A stretch of DNA of 64,000 bases from a virus, in the IMG/VR virus record IMGVR_UViG_3300031965_000002, positions 2,082 through 66,081 of that record. One strand, 5' to 3'. Position 1 is the first letter of the stretch. Each line of letters opens with the position of its first letter. The notes beneath the pieces are model-generated. The model had not been told where the DNA came from and did no database searches. It saw only the letters and a list, made by a program, of their open reading frames with translations. A program made the translations under genes and the position numbers. Positions 32,917-42,585 of the stretch are shown in pieces.

Positions 32917-34080
32917 ATGATACAAAAAGGTTTCAAATATCGAATCTACCCAAACCAAGAACAAGAGCAAAAAATTGCCCAACACCTTGGTTGCGTTAGA
33001 TATATCTATAACAAAGCCCTTGAAACTAAAGTCAAACATTATGAGAAAACAGGCAAAAGTCTTTCCTGCTTTGAACTTACTACAGGTTTGCTTAAGCAGG
33101 AAAAAGCAGAACATGAGTGGTTAAAAGGACCATATTCCCAATGTCTACAAATGAGCCTAAGAAATCTTGATAATGCTTTTACTAGATTCTTTAAGCAAAA
33201 GAAAGGCTTCCCTAAGTTCAAAGCTAAACATGACTCAAAACAGTCGTGCCAGTTCCCACAACATGTGAAGATAGACTTTGAAAACAGCAAAATATGCCTT
33301 CCTAAAATCGGTTGGATAAAAACAAAGCTCTCTAGACAATTCAATGGAAAAGTAAAAACTACTACATTATCAAGAACGTCAACAGGTAAATATTTTGTAT
33401 CTATTCTCGTTGAAACAAATGAAGAAATAAAACTCAAGAAACCTGTTCGAAAAGAAACATCAGTAGGAATTGATTTAGGAATCAAATCTTACATTGTTAC
33501 CTCAGACGGCGAAGAAATTCAGTACCCGAAGTTTCTCAGACAATCTATTGATAGATTAAAAATACTGCAAAGCAGAGCTTCGAAACACCCAAAAGGTGGG
33601 GTGAGGCGTCGTAGAGCAATACGTAAAGTTGCTAGACTTCATGAGAAGATAAGAAACCAAAGGCATGACTGGTTGCATAAATTGTCAACTAAACTCATCA
33701 GCGATAACCAAACTGTATGTTTAGAAGATTTAAATGTATCAAGCATGCTGAAGAACCATTGTCTTGCTCAGAGCATTTCTGATTGTTCTTGGGGAACCTT
33801 TGTAGAATTCCTCCAGTACAAGGCAGAATGGTATGGAGTCAACATCCTTAAGATTGGAAGGTTTGAACCTTCTTCTAAAATGTGTTCTTGTTGTGGTTGT
33901 ATGAAGAAAGATTTGAATCTTTCTGATAGGAAATGGTATTGCGAAGAATGCGGAGTTCTTCACGATAGAGATGTGAATGCAGCTTTGAATATCAAGAAGT
34001 TTGCATTGTTAAAACAGAATTCAGGGTCGGGACGACCCGGTGAGCTACAGAGTGCTAATACGTCAACGTTGGTTGAGTAA
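32917..34080 (+). CDS. tnpB: TnpB RNA-guided endonuclease
   Basis: KGFKYRIYPN N-terminal HTH, RuvC motifs VGIDLG / CLEDL / DRDVNAA, zinc finger CSCC...CEEC. Confidence 0.95.
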   Translation: MIQKGFKYRIYPNQEQEQKIAQHLGCVRYIYNKALETKVKHYEKTGKSLSCFELTTGLLKQEKAEHEWLKGPYSQCLQMSLRNLDNAFTRFFKQKKGFPKFKAKHDSKQSCQFPQHVKIDFENSKICLPKIGWIKTKLSRQFNGKVKTTTLSRTSTGKYFVSILVETNEEIKLKKPVRKETSVGIDLGIKSYIVTSDGEEIQYPKFLRQSIDRLKILQSRASKHPKGGVRRRRAIRKVARLHEKIRNQRHDWLHKLSTKLISDNQTVCLEDLNVSSMLKNHCLAQSISDCSWGTFVEFLQYKAEWYGVNILKIGRFEPSSKMCSCCGCMKKDLNLSDRKWYCEECGVLHDRDVNAALNIKKFALLKQNSGSGRPGELQSANTSTLVE

Positions 34081-34130
34081 ATATCTGTGGAATCCCCCAT
34101 GCTTGTCATGGGGGAGGTTCAATGCCATTA

Positions 34131-34355
34131 CTAGCAATCCAGATTACTAAAGTCATCTGGATCAGGCTCATCAGGCACTTCTTCGGGTTTGACAAGCGAG
34201 TCTTGACTGGGGGTTGCGAGGCGATTTAGTGCCTCAACTGCGCGGAAATGCCTGTTGTAATCGCTCCAACAGCCGCTTGGATTAGAGAGCTTGTTTACGA
34301 GTATTGCTGATAATATTTCCCTGGGTATGTCTGCCATATTTATTAGTTCACCCAT
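34131..34355 (-). CDS. Small hypothetical protein
   Basis: 74 aa ORF with an acidic tail, ending 8 nt outside the IS right end. Confidence 0.45.
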   Translation of the reverse strand: MGELINMADIPREILSAILVNKLSNPSGCWSDYNRHFRAVEALNRLATPSQDSLVKPEEVPDEPDPDDFSNLDC

Positions 34356-34621
34356 TTAGTATCCAAGTCCTTGTTGAGTGAAAGTCCGAGTATGCCATTC
34401 TCGGTAGGCCGATTCTCTAGATACATAGCGATATCAGGAATCGTCTCTCTAGTATCGCGAACTGTAAAGCGGGTTGAGACCAACAATGGTGTGTTACGAA
34501 CCAAACTGGACTGCTTGTTCATTAGCATCCGCCATCTTTGCGGAAAATGAAAGGTTCTCGCGAGAGAACAGTGCGCTATATGCTTGGACGATTCAAGTGT
34601 GGCGTCTTCCTGTCTGTACAT
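34343..34621 (-). CDS. Small hypothetical protein
   Basis: 92 aa ORF overlapping the next minus-strand ORF; start uncertain. Confidence 0.4.
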   Translation of the reverse strand: MYRQEDATLESSKHIAHCSLARTFHFPQRWRMLMNKQSSLVRNTPLLVSTRFTVRDTRETIPDIAMYLENRPTENGILGLSLNKDLDTKWVN

Positions 34622-35090
34622 TCAGACTAGCCCCGTAAGAACTTCTGGCAACTCTTCATTCTTACGGTAAAGCGAAAAGAAGCGGTGACTGGCTGAAAGC
34701 TGGGCAAAACCGACTAGAAAAAATCAGGCCCAGCACCTTGCTTCTTTTGAACAAGGGGGATTCTTCAGCCATTCCGCGCTCTCTTTTTAGGTTTGTGCGA
34801 TTGGCTGAAGAGTTGTCCCCTGCTAAGAGATTTAGTTCTTTGGGTAGTTTGAAAACAAAAAACTGGATGGATTTGCTCTGAACTGGATCGCGGAGCGAGA
34901 CAGTTGCGGAACGAAGTGACGCTTACTCCATTTGCTATTAGAACAACGGAACAAATGAATAAGCGATGTCAAAGACGTTTGACATCTACCAGCCTGAAGC
35001 AAATGCTCCGACAATGGGAGGATCTATCTGTATATAATCAAGAGGAATATTCGAACAGTTCGATGAAATATAGACTTGGAGGATACCTAC

Positions 35091-35300
35091 ATGGCAGAAG
35101 AACAGTTTGACAAGCAATACGGAATCGATAGACGAACAAAAGTTCGGGGACCAGGAAGCAATTCCCCTGATGCGATTGATTGGGATGCTCTTATTATCGC
35201 AGGTCTAGGACAAGCGAATAGGACAAATCAACCGGAGCAAACAATTCTCGGTCTAGCAAATCGACAACAGACTAATACCAAACAACCACCGACTCAATAA
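35091..35300 (+). CDS. Small Q/N-rich hypothetical protein
   Basis: GGAGGA RBS then ATG at 35091, within ORF 35076..35300. Confidence 0.5.
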   Translation: MAEEQFDKQYGIDRRTKVRGPGSNSPDAIDWDALIIAGLGQANRTNQPEQTILGLANRQQTNTKQPPTQ

Positions 35301-35372
35301 CCACATACAATAGGCTTGTGGTCTCGTATCTCTGTCAGGTGAACATTCGTTCGTCTACGATATGAGGACACT

Positions 35373-37289
35373 ATGAGTCAAGAAATCGAACAGCTTGTCG
35401 AAACTCTTCAAACTGCCTGTGACGAATATTATCTCCACGGCAGGTCATTTTTGTCTGATGTCGAGTATGACAGACTTGTCGAGAGATTGGAAGAATTAGA
35501 TCGCGAACATCCGTTTCTTTTGTCTGTTGGAACAGCTACGCCTACAGATTCAGCGCTGACAAAAGTTCAGCATGAAATACCGATGGGTTCTCTCAAGAAG
35601 ATTACCCACGACGAAGGACCGAAAGCATTCGCCACCTGGCTCAAGAGTATCGAGCATGTTGCAGGTCAAAATCCTCAACTGTCTGTTCAGCACAAGCTTG
35701 ATGGCTCAAGCATCGCTCTGACATACAAGGATGGTCGCCTTGTTCGCGCTACTACTCGTGGCGATGGTACGGAAGGCGAAGATGTCACACACAACATTGT
35801 CAAGGCACGACAAGTTCCTTTGACTATCTCTCAAAAAGGCACGGTGCATGTGCGCGGAGAAATCATTCTCCCGCTTGTCATCTGGCAGAAACATCTGTCT
35901 GAAGAAACAGCCAATCCTCGTAACGCTGGCGCTGGTCTCGTTCGTCGAACAGATGGACGAAACGCTAGCTTGTTGCATTTTTTTGCCTTTGACCTTGTTA
36001 TTGAAGACAGCGTGCCAATTAGTTCTGTGCAACAGCAAATCGCAAGTTTGGAGGCTCTTGGGTTTAGAGCCGTTGAGACTCATGTTTTGAATCCTGATGC
36101 GGTCCAGCCCTTCGTAGAGAAGGTAAATCAGGACCGACCGAACCTTGAGTATGAAATCGATGGACTGGTGGTCAAGGTTGACAGTATTGACCACCAGAAT
36201 AATCTCGGAGAAAACAAAGGATTCCCTTATTGGGCTCGCGCATGGAAACTGCCTGCTATGGGTGGTCACACTGTTCTTGAGGATGTAACTTGGAACTTGC
36301 GGACTCGTGGCATGCTGGCTCCTACTGCCCATGTTAAACCTGTTGCTGTTGGTGGCGTGACTATTACCAACGTGACTCTTCATAATGTTGCAGAAATCGA
36401 ACGTCTTGGTGTTAAGATCGGCGATACCGTTGAGGTCATCCGCGCAGGCGATGTTATTCCCAAGATTGTTCGCGTTGTCAAGAAAGCCGACAACCGTCGA
36501 GATTTTGTTCCAGCAGAGTTCAATGGCAATAGGACTTTCCGAAAAGGTCCCATTCTTTATATGGAGAACTGGGAAGGTACGGATGACATCAAAAAGCACC
36601 GCGTTCGTAAGTGGATTCAGAAGCGCAACATTCTGAACATTGGCGACTCGGTTCTTGACTCATTGTGGGAAGCTAATGTTGTTCGCAGTATTTTTGACCT
36701 TTATTTTTTGACCATCGATAAATTTAAACAAGCAGGGGTTGGAGAGGGCATTGCTCGTCGTATTCTGCCCGAGATTGATAAGTCTCGGAAGTGTTCGATG
36801 GTTGATCTTGTCGGCTCCTTGAGTATTGACCTGCTTGGTCGTCGTCAGGCTGAGATTATCTGGCGAGAGCTTGATGTCTCTACCTACGACGATTGGCGGT
36901 CGTTGACTCTTGCCCGTCTTTCTGCCGCGCCAGGTTTCGGAGAAACAAAAGCCGGTCGTATCGCAGTAGGCCTCATCAACCACTTCGATGAAATCAAGGC
37001 GCTTCACGACATCTTCGATATCGATACGACACGGGCACCTAAGCAGCCGAGGGGCAAATCTTCAGGTAAGCTTGGTGGGAAATCGTTCTGTTTTACGGGT
37101 AAGATGTCTCGCCCGCGCGCAGAGCTTGAGTCAAAGGTCTCTGCCAGTGGCGGAGCCGTTGCGAGCGTGAGCAAAGGTCTCGACTACCTCGTTATTGCTG
37201 ACCCCTTGAGCGAGTCTAGCAAGGCTGTCAAAGCTCGCAAGCTTGGCGTCAAATTGATCTCCGAAGATGAGTTTATGAGCATGGTGTAG
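35373..37289 (+). CDS. ligA: NAD-dependent DNA ligase
   Basis: YDRL, HEIPMGSL, KLDGSS, TRGDG.EGEDVT, VRGE, NPRN, EIDGLVVK, RAGDVIP, HhH region, C-terminal BRCT (FCFTG). Confidence 0.95.
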   Translation: MSQEIEQLVETLQTACDEYYLHGRSFLSDVEYDRLVERLEELDREHPFLLSVGTATPTDSALTKVQHEIPMGSLKKITHDEGPKAFATWLKSIEHVAGQNPQLSVQHKLDGSSIALTYKDGRLVRATTRGDGTEGEDVTHNIVKARQVPLTISQKGTVHVRGEIILPLVIWQKHLSEETANPRNAGAGLVRRTDGRNASLLHFFAFDLVIEDSVPISSVQQQIASLEALGFRAVETHVLNPDAVQPFVEKVNQDRPNLEYEIDGLVVKVDSIDHQNNLGENKGFPYWARAWKLPAMGGHTVLEDVTWNLRTRGMLAPTAHVKPVAVGGVTITNVTLHNVAEIERLGVKIGDTVEVIRAGDVIPKIVRVVKKADNRRDFVPAEFNGNRTFRKGPILYMENWEGTDDIKKHRVRKWIQKRNILNIGDSVLDSLWEANVVRSIFDLYFLTIDKFKQAGVGEGIARRILPEIDKSRKCSMVDLVGSLSIDLLGRRQAEIIWRELDVSTYDDWRSLTLARLSAAPGFGETKAGRIAVGLINHFDEIKALHDIFDIDTTRAPKQPRGKSSGKLGGKSFCFTGKMSRPRAELESKVSASGGAVASVSKGLDYLVIADPLSESSKAVKARKLGVKLISEDEFMSMV

Positions 37290-37339
37290 CTCAGTAAAAC
37301 AAAAGGATAGAGGCTGAAGGCCTTTTATAGTGTGTGCGG

Positions 37340-37564
37340 ATGAAAAAAGAAATCAGAAACGTTTGTGATCTCAAAGAGCGAATGAAAGATGGTGGATATT
37401 ATCATAGCGAGAGCTTTGATGTATGGTACCGTACTCCTGTGCCAGATTTCGATTATGCTACTCCCAAAGAAATGATGGATAACACTGACTATAAGCAATT
37501 GAGTAAGTTGATGAATTGGATTGAAGCAGGCAATCTCAGCATAAAAGCAAGTCTCAACCATTGA
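37340..37564 (+). CDS. Small hypothetical protein
   Basis: ORF 37334..37564 downstream of ligA. Confidence 0.5.
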   Translation: MKKEIRNVCDLKERMKDGGYYHSESFDVWYRTPVPDFDYATPKEMMDNTDYKQLSKLMNWIEAGNLSIKASLNH

Positions 37565-37886
37565 GCCCCCGCTCTTCACTTGAACTGTAGGGACGAAAGT
37601 TTTTTCTGTTTCCATGAAGGTGAAGTAAAGGCTCAGTATAGTCTACTTGACGAAAGGAAGAATATATTGCAAGAAGGAGTTAGCCTATGTGGTGACGTAT
37701 TCAAAATTAATGATTTAATGCTATTGTCAGATGATCTTACAGTACGCCTCCTGTGAAGGAAAAACCAAAGCGCAGCTTTTACTCGTAGATAAAAAATAAG
37801 AAGAGTATCTGCCCCGGCAAACATTGATAGCCTAGCCGTGCAACTCGGCCAAGCAGGCAGCGTGATCTGGAATCAAAACTGTATAC

Positions 37887-37921
37887 TATAACGGCCCTAT
37901 TCGTGGGGCCGTTATATTTTT
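37887..37921 (+). terminator. Intrinsic terminator
   Basis: TATAACGGCCC-N8-GGGCCGTTATA followed by TTTTT. Confidence 0.75.
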
Positions 37922-38114
37922 AGGCTATGTTAAGTAGAAGATATTTTCGTCACAAGACAAAAAATCTGCCTTCTTTTCGAGCTTCTTTTCGAGAATAGCA
38001 GGATTAGATTGAATAGCCTTTTTCACTCTTGTTTTTATGCTCCCAGTCCTTGGTGAAATAGTTGTAAACAGAGTCGCATACAGTCGATACTGTAGTAGAT
38101 ATTGGAGGAATCAT

Positions 38115-38450
38115 ATGGATTTTATATCTGAAGAAAAGGCAGAGATGTGTGCCGTGTCAGGACTTATTGAGTTTTCCAGAGTCTATGAAGAGCGATTTGT
38201 TATTGGCGAAGTAGATGAGACAGAAGCCTGTGATTACCGTGCTAAACTCGTTGAGGGGTTACTCTGGGTTATTTATAAAGAGCGTCGTGGAGAAGTACCG
38301 ATTTCAACTCCTGATGCCACAATGTCTAACCGGGAACTTATTGATTTTATTCATGACGAGGCCCTTTCTTACTATAATCAAGAGAATCCACTTTATTTAT
38401 CTGAATCTTGGGACGGGAAATATAATATAGCCGAAGACGACATTTTCTAA
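38115..38450 (+). CDS. Acidic hypothetical protein
   Basis: GGAGGA RBS then ATG at 38115, within ORF 38037..38450. Confidence 0.65.
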   Translation: MDFISEEKAEMCAVSGLIEFSRVYEERFVIGEVDETEACDYRAKLVEGLLWVIYKERRGEVPISTPDATMSNRELIDFIHDEALSYYNQENPLYLSESWDGKYNIAEDDIF

Positions 38451-38507
38451 ACAATAGCAAGGAACTCCTATCAAAATCTTGGTAAAAGAAACAATAGGAG
38501 TATTCGT

Positions 38508-38768
38508 ATGACTTGGTATCGCGAAATCAAAGCACAGTTAGCAAATGAGTCAATGGAACCTCAGATTGAGGCTCTAGACGATAGAACTGAGCGTTATCGC
38601 GGTGTTATGGTCTACGAAGTTAATGTTCCTGTAAATCCCGACCAGAACCTAGAACAAGAGACCGCAAATGAAGCAGCACGAGAGCTTTACCAGAGAATAT
38701 GGAGACTCGTTGGTGATAACGTTCCTAACTACGATATGCCAAACAAAGCTCCTATTGGTCGATTCTAA
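38508..38768 (+). CDS. Small hypothetical protein with an MTWY...IKAQ leader
   Basis: AGGAG RBS; begins MTWYREIKAQ. Confidence 0.7.
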   Translation: MTWYREIKAQLANESMEPQIEALDDRTERYRGVMVYEVNVPVNPDQNLEQETANEAARELYQRIWRLVGDNVPNYDMPNKAPIGRF

Positions 38769-39439
38769 GGCTCAACAATAATCAGCGCTTCAAAGGCTCG
38801 GTCGATTACTTCATTCTTTTTTGACAGCTTGCTGGCAATCTTGCGAACGCTCTGAGATGAAAATTCATGAGTCGATGCCCTATATGCTTGCTTAGGACTC
38901 CGGTTTATAGGGACTCTCGCGACAACTTTGTTTGCCATATTCATTGCTCTTACAATCTCCATGAACGGGCAATAGCTATATTCAAGGTAATCAAAGAAAA
39001 AGACAATATTGAACCGATTATCCTGTGGAATATTTTTCATCGAGCCGTAAATAAACTTGTCGTTTCCGTTTTCGCGAAATTGTTTGTGAGTCGTTAAACC
39101 CGTATAGTCGTAAATTTCCAGGTAGTCACCAAGGCTCCCATCTATGGCATCTGCTTCGAGTATGCGATTTCCTTTATTGGCATATTGCTTAATCGTTACG
39201 CTCCGTTCTCTGTTTTCGTTCTTGCGTCTTTCAAAAAATGATTGCGTGGGTGAGTTCTGGACAAACTCACGGTTTACTTTTTCCATTCGCATAAGATACC
39301 GCCGCCGTTGCTCAATTATCTTTATTTCATCGAATCCATTGAATACGTGATGACATCTTTGACATTGCAGATACAGGTAAAAGTGTATCCTAAGGTCTTT
39401 TGTATTTTTGCTTTTACAAATGGGACACTGATTAGTCAC
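38765..39439 (-). CDS. Zinc-ribbon plus SAM-methyltransferase-like protein
   Basis: CPICK...CQRC followed by RILEADAIDGSLG and FNIVFFFDYLEY...VARVP; start moved to GTG 39439 (uncertain). Confidence 0.55.
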   Translation of the reverse strand: MTNQCPICKSKNTKDLRIHFYLYLQCQRCHHVFNGFDEIKIIEQRRRYLMRMEKVNREFVQNSPTQSFFERRKNENRERSVTIKQYANKGNRILEADAIDGSLGDYLEIYDYTGLTTHKQFRENGNDKFIYGSMKNIPQDNRFNIVFFFDYLEYSYCPFMEIVRAMNMANKVVARVPINRSPKQAYRASTHEFSSQSVRKIASKLSKKNEVIDRAFEALIIVEP

Positions 39440-39453
39440 AACGTATATATCGA

Positions 39454-40065
39454 CTAAGAGAGCTTTACGGCATTGCAAAAAATCTCTTCTGAGGAAGCTG
39501 AGGCCATGTACCAGCCAAGAGGACCAGAAGCGACGCAACTGCGAATTTCTTCAGTGTATTGGTCTAGCCAATTTTGTCTTTTAGTGGTCGAGGCTTTGTA
39601 TAGATTTTTGCGTTCGAGATTGAGCTTTTTAGAGACTTTTTCTTCAGCGTCTTTTCTCAGTTCCTTAAACTCTTCAACCGAGTCTGTAACTGGTCCCCAG
39701 TGAAGAAGTTTATCATCCTTAGAGAGAGCCCAATAGTCTACTCTGAATCCTGCACTTTTGATGAATCGCTTCGTGAACGCAACAGCGAGAGGATTGAAGC
39801 CTTCTTCTTCGAGTTCACTTGACTTAATAGAGAAAGGTCCAGTTGGTCCTTTCTCTATTGCCAGAAGGTCGCCCGAGTCAAAATCACAAGTTACTAATAT
39901 GTCGATATCTTTGATGGAAAAAGTTTTGTTTGTAATGTTTTCAGCCAACGAGCCCCAAGCAAATACGCCATTGATGCCATTGAACATAGAAATTTCTGCG
40001 GCTGCTTTTTCTACGCTTGGCAGCACGCTTTCAACTGTTGGCAGGGCTCTTTGGTACCATCTCAT
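39454..40065 (-). CDS. Nucleotidyltransferase-domain protein with an MRWY leader
   Basis: Start MRWYQRA at 40065; GVFAWGSLA...KDIDILV (GS/DxD) and a later VDYW strand. Confidence 0.7.
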   Translation of the reverse strand: MRWYQRALPTVESVLPSVEKAAAEISMFNGINGVFAWGSLAENITNKTFSIKDIDILVTCDFDSGDLLAIEKGPTGPFSIKSSELEEEGFNPLAVAFTKRFIKSAGFRVDYWALSKDDKLLHWGPVTDSVEEFKELRKDAEEKVSKKLNLERKNLYKASTTKRQNWLDQYTEEIRSCVASGPLGWYMASASSEEIFCNAVKLS

Positions 40066-40181
40066 ACTTGATATTTCCCAAAAGATAAAAAAGATACCTT
40101 CTTTCACACGTTTTACAGGATAAATAAAAACTGCAAGTGCTAACTAAGTTTTGTAGTCTATCGACAACACATGGAGTAATT

Positions 40182-40769
40182 ATGACAGCAAAGAAGATCA
40201 GGCCCGATTCATTCCAGCCTACGATTGATATAATCGCCAAGCGACGACCCGTTATTGACGAACTTATTGAAATTATCAAGCAGGAAATACAGATATTAAA
40301 GAGTCACCCACTTTTTCCTCCACCACAACAACTCGTCAACTGGGTTGATGAACACATTCGAGACCATCTCATTGTTCGACGACGATTCGAGTTGTTTACA
40401 AAAAAAATAGAAGGAAAAGACCCTCACAAGTTGACAGAGGGCGAATACAGTAAAATCGATGATGAGTTTATAGAAATTATGAGCATGTGCGCTCGTATCA
40501 CAGACAGATGGAACACAATTAGCGAAGAACTCAATGCCTGGAGAGAAGATTTGGGCCGAATGATAGATATGTTTGTGGATAACTCTATGGAAGATGATAA
40601 AGATGCAGCTTACAAGGATTTTCTAACAACCTACAAGAGTGACGGGTTTGATTTTGGCGACGAAGATTGGCGACATTGTGAGAGCGAAGATGAAGAATGG
40701 AGTGAAGAGTTTGGTACGGATGATTTCTATGTCGATGAGGACGAAGACGAAGATTACGGTTCTGAGTGA
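40182..40769 (+). CDS. Helical hypothetical protein with a very acidic C-terminus
   Basis: GGAG RBS then ATG at 40182; tail ...DDFYVDEDEDEDYGSE. Confidence 0.7.
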   Translation: MTAKKIRPDSFQPTIDIIAKRRPVIDELIEIIKQEIQILKSHPLFPPPQQLVNWVDEHIRDHLIVRRRFELFTKKIEGKDPHKLTEGEYSKIDDEFIEIMSMCARITDRWNTISEELNAWREDLGRMIDMFVDNSMEDDKDAAYKDFLTTYKSDGFDFGDEDWRHCESEDEEWSEEFGTDDFYVDEDEDEDYGSE

Positions 40770-40779
40770 GGTATAATAG

Positions 40780-41568
40780 ATGAAGCAATATCACGATTTA
40801 CTGCAACACGTATTAGATAAAGGAGCGGTCAAGACAGATAGAACAGGCACAGGCACTTTGGCTGTTTTTGGCTACCAAATGCGATTCGATCTAGCTGAAG
40901 GCTTTCCATTACTCACTACAAAAAAGCTTCACACAAGAAGCATTTTTCACGAGTTACTTTGGTTTTTAAAAGGCGACACCAATGTCAAATACTTACAGGA
41001 TAATAGTGTAAGCATCTGGGATGAATGGTGCGACGAGAACGGTAACCTGGGCCCTGTATATGGTCATCAATGGAGGAATTTCGGCGGTGAAGGCGGAACC
41101 GATCAAATCGCAGAAGTTATTCATTCTATCAAGACAAATCCTGATTCACGACGACACTTAGTTACAGCATGGAACCCAAATGATGTATCCAAAATGGCCC
41201 TTCCTCCATGTCATTGCCTGTATCAGTTCTTTGTGGCAGACGGTAAGCTTTCTTGTCAGCTTTACCAGCGAAGTTGTGATGTCTTTCTTGGGGTTCCCTT
41301 TAATATAGCATCATATTCTTTGCTAACGCATATGATTGCTCAGATATGCAATCTTGAGGTTGGTGACTTCATTTGGACAGGTGGCGATGTTCATATATAT
41401 CTAAATCATCTTGAACAAGCTAGGTTGCAACTTACCCGTAAACCTAAACCGTTGCCAAAGATACGACTTAATCCAGATGTTGAGTTTATCGATCGATTCA
41501 CGATTGATAATATAGAGGTCATTGATTATGATCCGTATCCCTCTATCAAAGCTCCTATTGCTATATGA
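40780..41568 (+). CDS. thyA: Thymidylate synthase
   Basis: [57 protein letters not shown]. Confidence 0.97.
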   Translation: MKQYHDLLQHVLDKGAVKTDRTGTGTLAVFGYQMRFDLAEGFPLLTTKKLHTRSIFHELLWFLKGDTNVKYLQDNSVSIWDEWCDENGNLGPVYGHQWRNFGGEGGTDQIAEVIHSIKTNPDSRRHLVTAWNPNDVSKMALPPCHCLYQFFVADGKLSCQLYQRSCDVFLGVPFNIASYSLLTHMIAQICNLEVGDFIWTGGDVHIYLNHLEQARLQLTRKPKPLPKIRLNPDVEFIDRFTIDNIEVIDYDPYPSIKAPIAI

Positions 41569-42047
41569 TTGAAATAATCGTTGCTGTTTCTGAAAATGGA
41601 GTGATTGGTAAAGAAGATTCTTTGCCATGGAGACAGCGTGCGGATATGCAGCGATTCAAAAATACAACAATGGGCCATCCTGTCATTATGGGTAGAAAAA
41701 CCTACGAATCATTACCTTCTGATTTAGATGGTAGATATCAAATTATTCTTACACGGGATACTGAATATTTTGTTAATGGAGAATCTACTGTAGCGCATAG
41801 CCCGCAAGAATCTCTTGATATTGCTTTAAATATAGATAATACTGTTTTTATTATTGGAGGAGAAGAGATTTATAATCTTTTTCTCGAAAAAGCGGATACC
41901 ATACATCTAACTAGGATATATGCCGATATAGAAGGGGATGCTTATTTTGATGTACCCGAAGGCTGGATACTGGTGGAGGACAATGAGTATCTCCCTGACA
42001 ATAAGAATCAGTATGGCTACAGTTTCCAGATTTACCGAAGAGCTTGA
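41565..42047 (+). CDS. folA: Dihydrofolate reductase
   Basis: [11 protein letters not shown]...[25 protein letters not shown]. Confidence 0.95.
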   Translation: MIEIIVAVSENGVIGKEDSLPWRQRADMQRFKNTTMGHPVIMGRKTYESLPSDLDGRYQIILTRDTEYFVNGESTVAHSPQESLDIALNIDNTVFIIGGEEIYNLFLEKADTIHLTRIYADIEGDAYFDVPEGWILVEDNEYLPDNKNQYGYSFQIYRRA

Positions 42048-42057
42048 AGGAGCAAAT

Positions 42058-42585
42058 ATGTTTATCCTAGCAGACCTTGAGGCTACATGCTGGGAAAATC
42101 GCAATATGCCAGACTATAACGAAGTCATCGAGATCGGCTTTATTGTTTGTAATATCAAGGGTGATATTCTTGCATCATATGAATCTTTTGTTCGACCAGT
42201 TATTAACCCGAAACTATCTAAGTTTTGCAAGCAGTTAACTGGTATAAAACAAAAAGATGTCGAATCAGCGAGGCTACTTAAGGATGTGGTTACTGGTATA
42301 ACCGTATGGTTTGAGGAGGACTTTGCGATGGATTTACGAAAGGTAACTTGGGCCTCATGGGGAGACTGGGACCCGCTTTGCCTTTTAGGGGATTGCGGAC
42401 GACATAAGATAGAGAGCCCATTCGGAAAACATCTCAATCTACAACAGTTATACGCGGAACTACGCGGCATTACAACGAATCTCAAAGATGCTGTCGAACG
42501 CGAAGGCGGAAAATGGATTGGCCCGAGGCATAGAGCATTGTCTGATGCGACAAACTCAATGACGGTTGCGAAAATTCTTGTATGA
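42058..42585 (+). CDS. DEDDh 3'-5' exonuclease (ERI1-like)
   Basis: DLEATCW, EVIEIG, LTGIKQ, SWGDWD, HRALSDA; GAAGGAG RBS. Confidence 0.9.
   Translation: MFILADLEATCWENRNMPDYNEVIEIGFIVCNIKGDILASYESFVRPVINPKLSKFCKQLTGIKQKDVESARLLKDVVTGITVWFEEDFAMDLRKVTWASWGDWDPLCLLGDCGRHKIESPFGKHLNLQQLYAELRGITTNLKDAVEREGGKWIGPRHRALSDATNSMTVAKILV

Larger units (their letters stand above)
32796..34122 (+). mobile_element. Non-autonomous IS200/IS605-family element 1 (tnpB only)
   Basis: Left-end hairpin CCTCCAT-GCTTGTC-GTGGAGG preceded by AAAA, with TTAT at 32792-32795; right end GAAT-CCCCCAT-GCTTGTC-ATGGGGG-AGG-TTCAA; no tnpA. Confidence 0.85.

Noticed and set aside
34830-35110. tmRNA or RNase P RNA in the intergenic region
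   Set aside because: No tRNA-like ends or the conserved P4 motifs were found; the short ORFs there also lack support.
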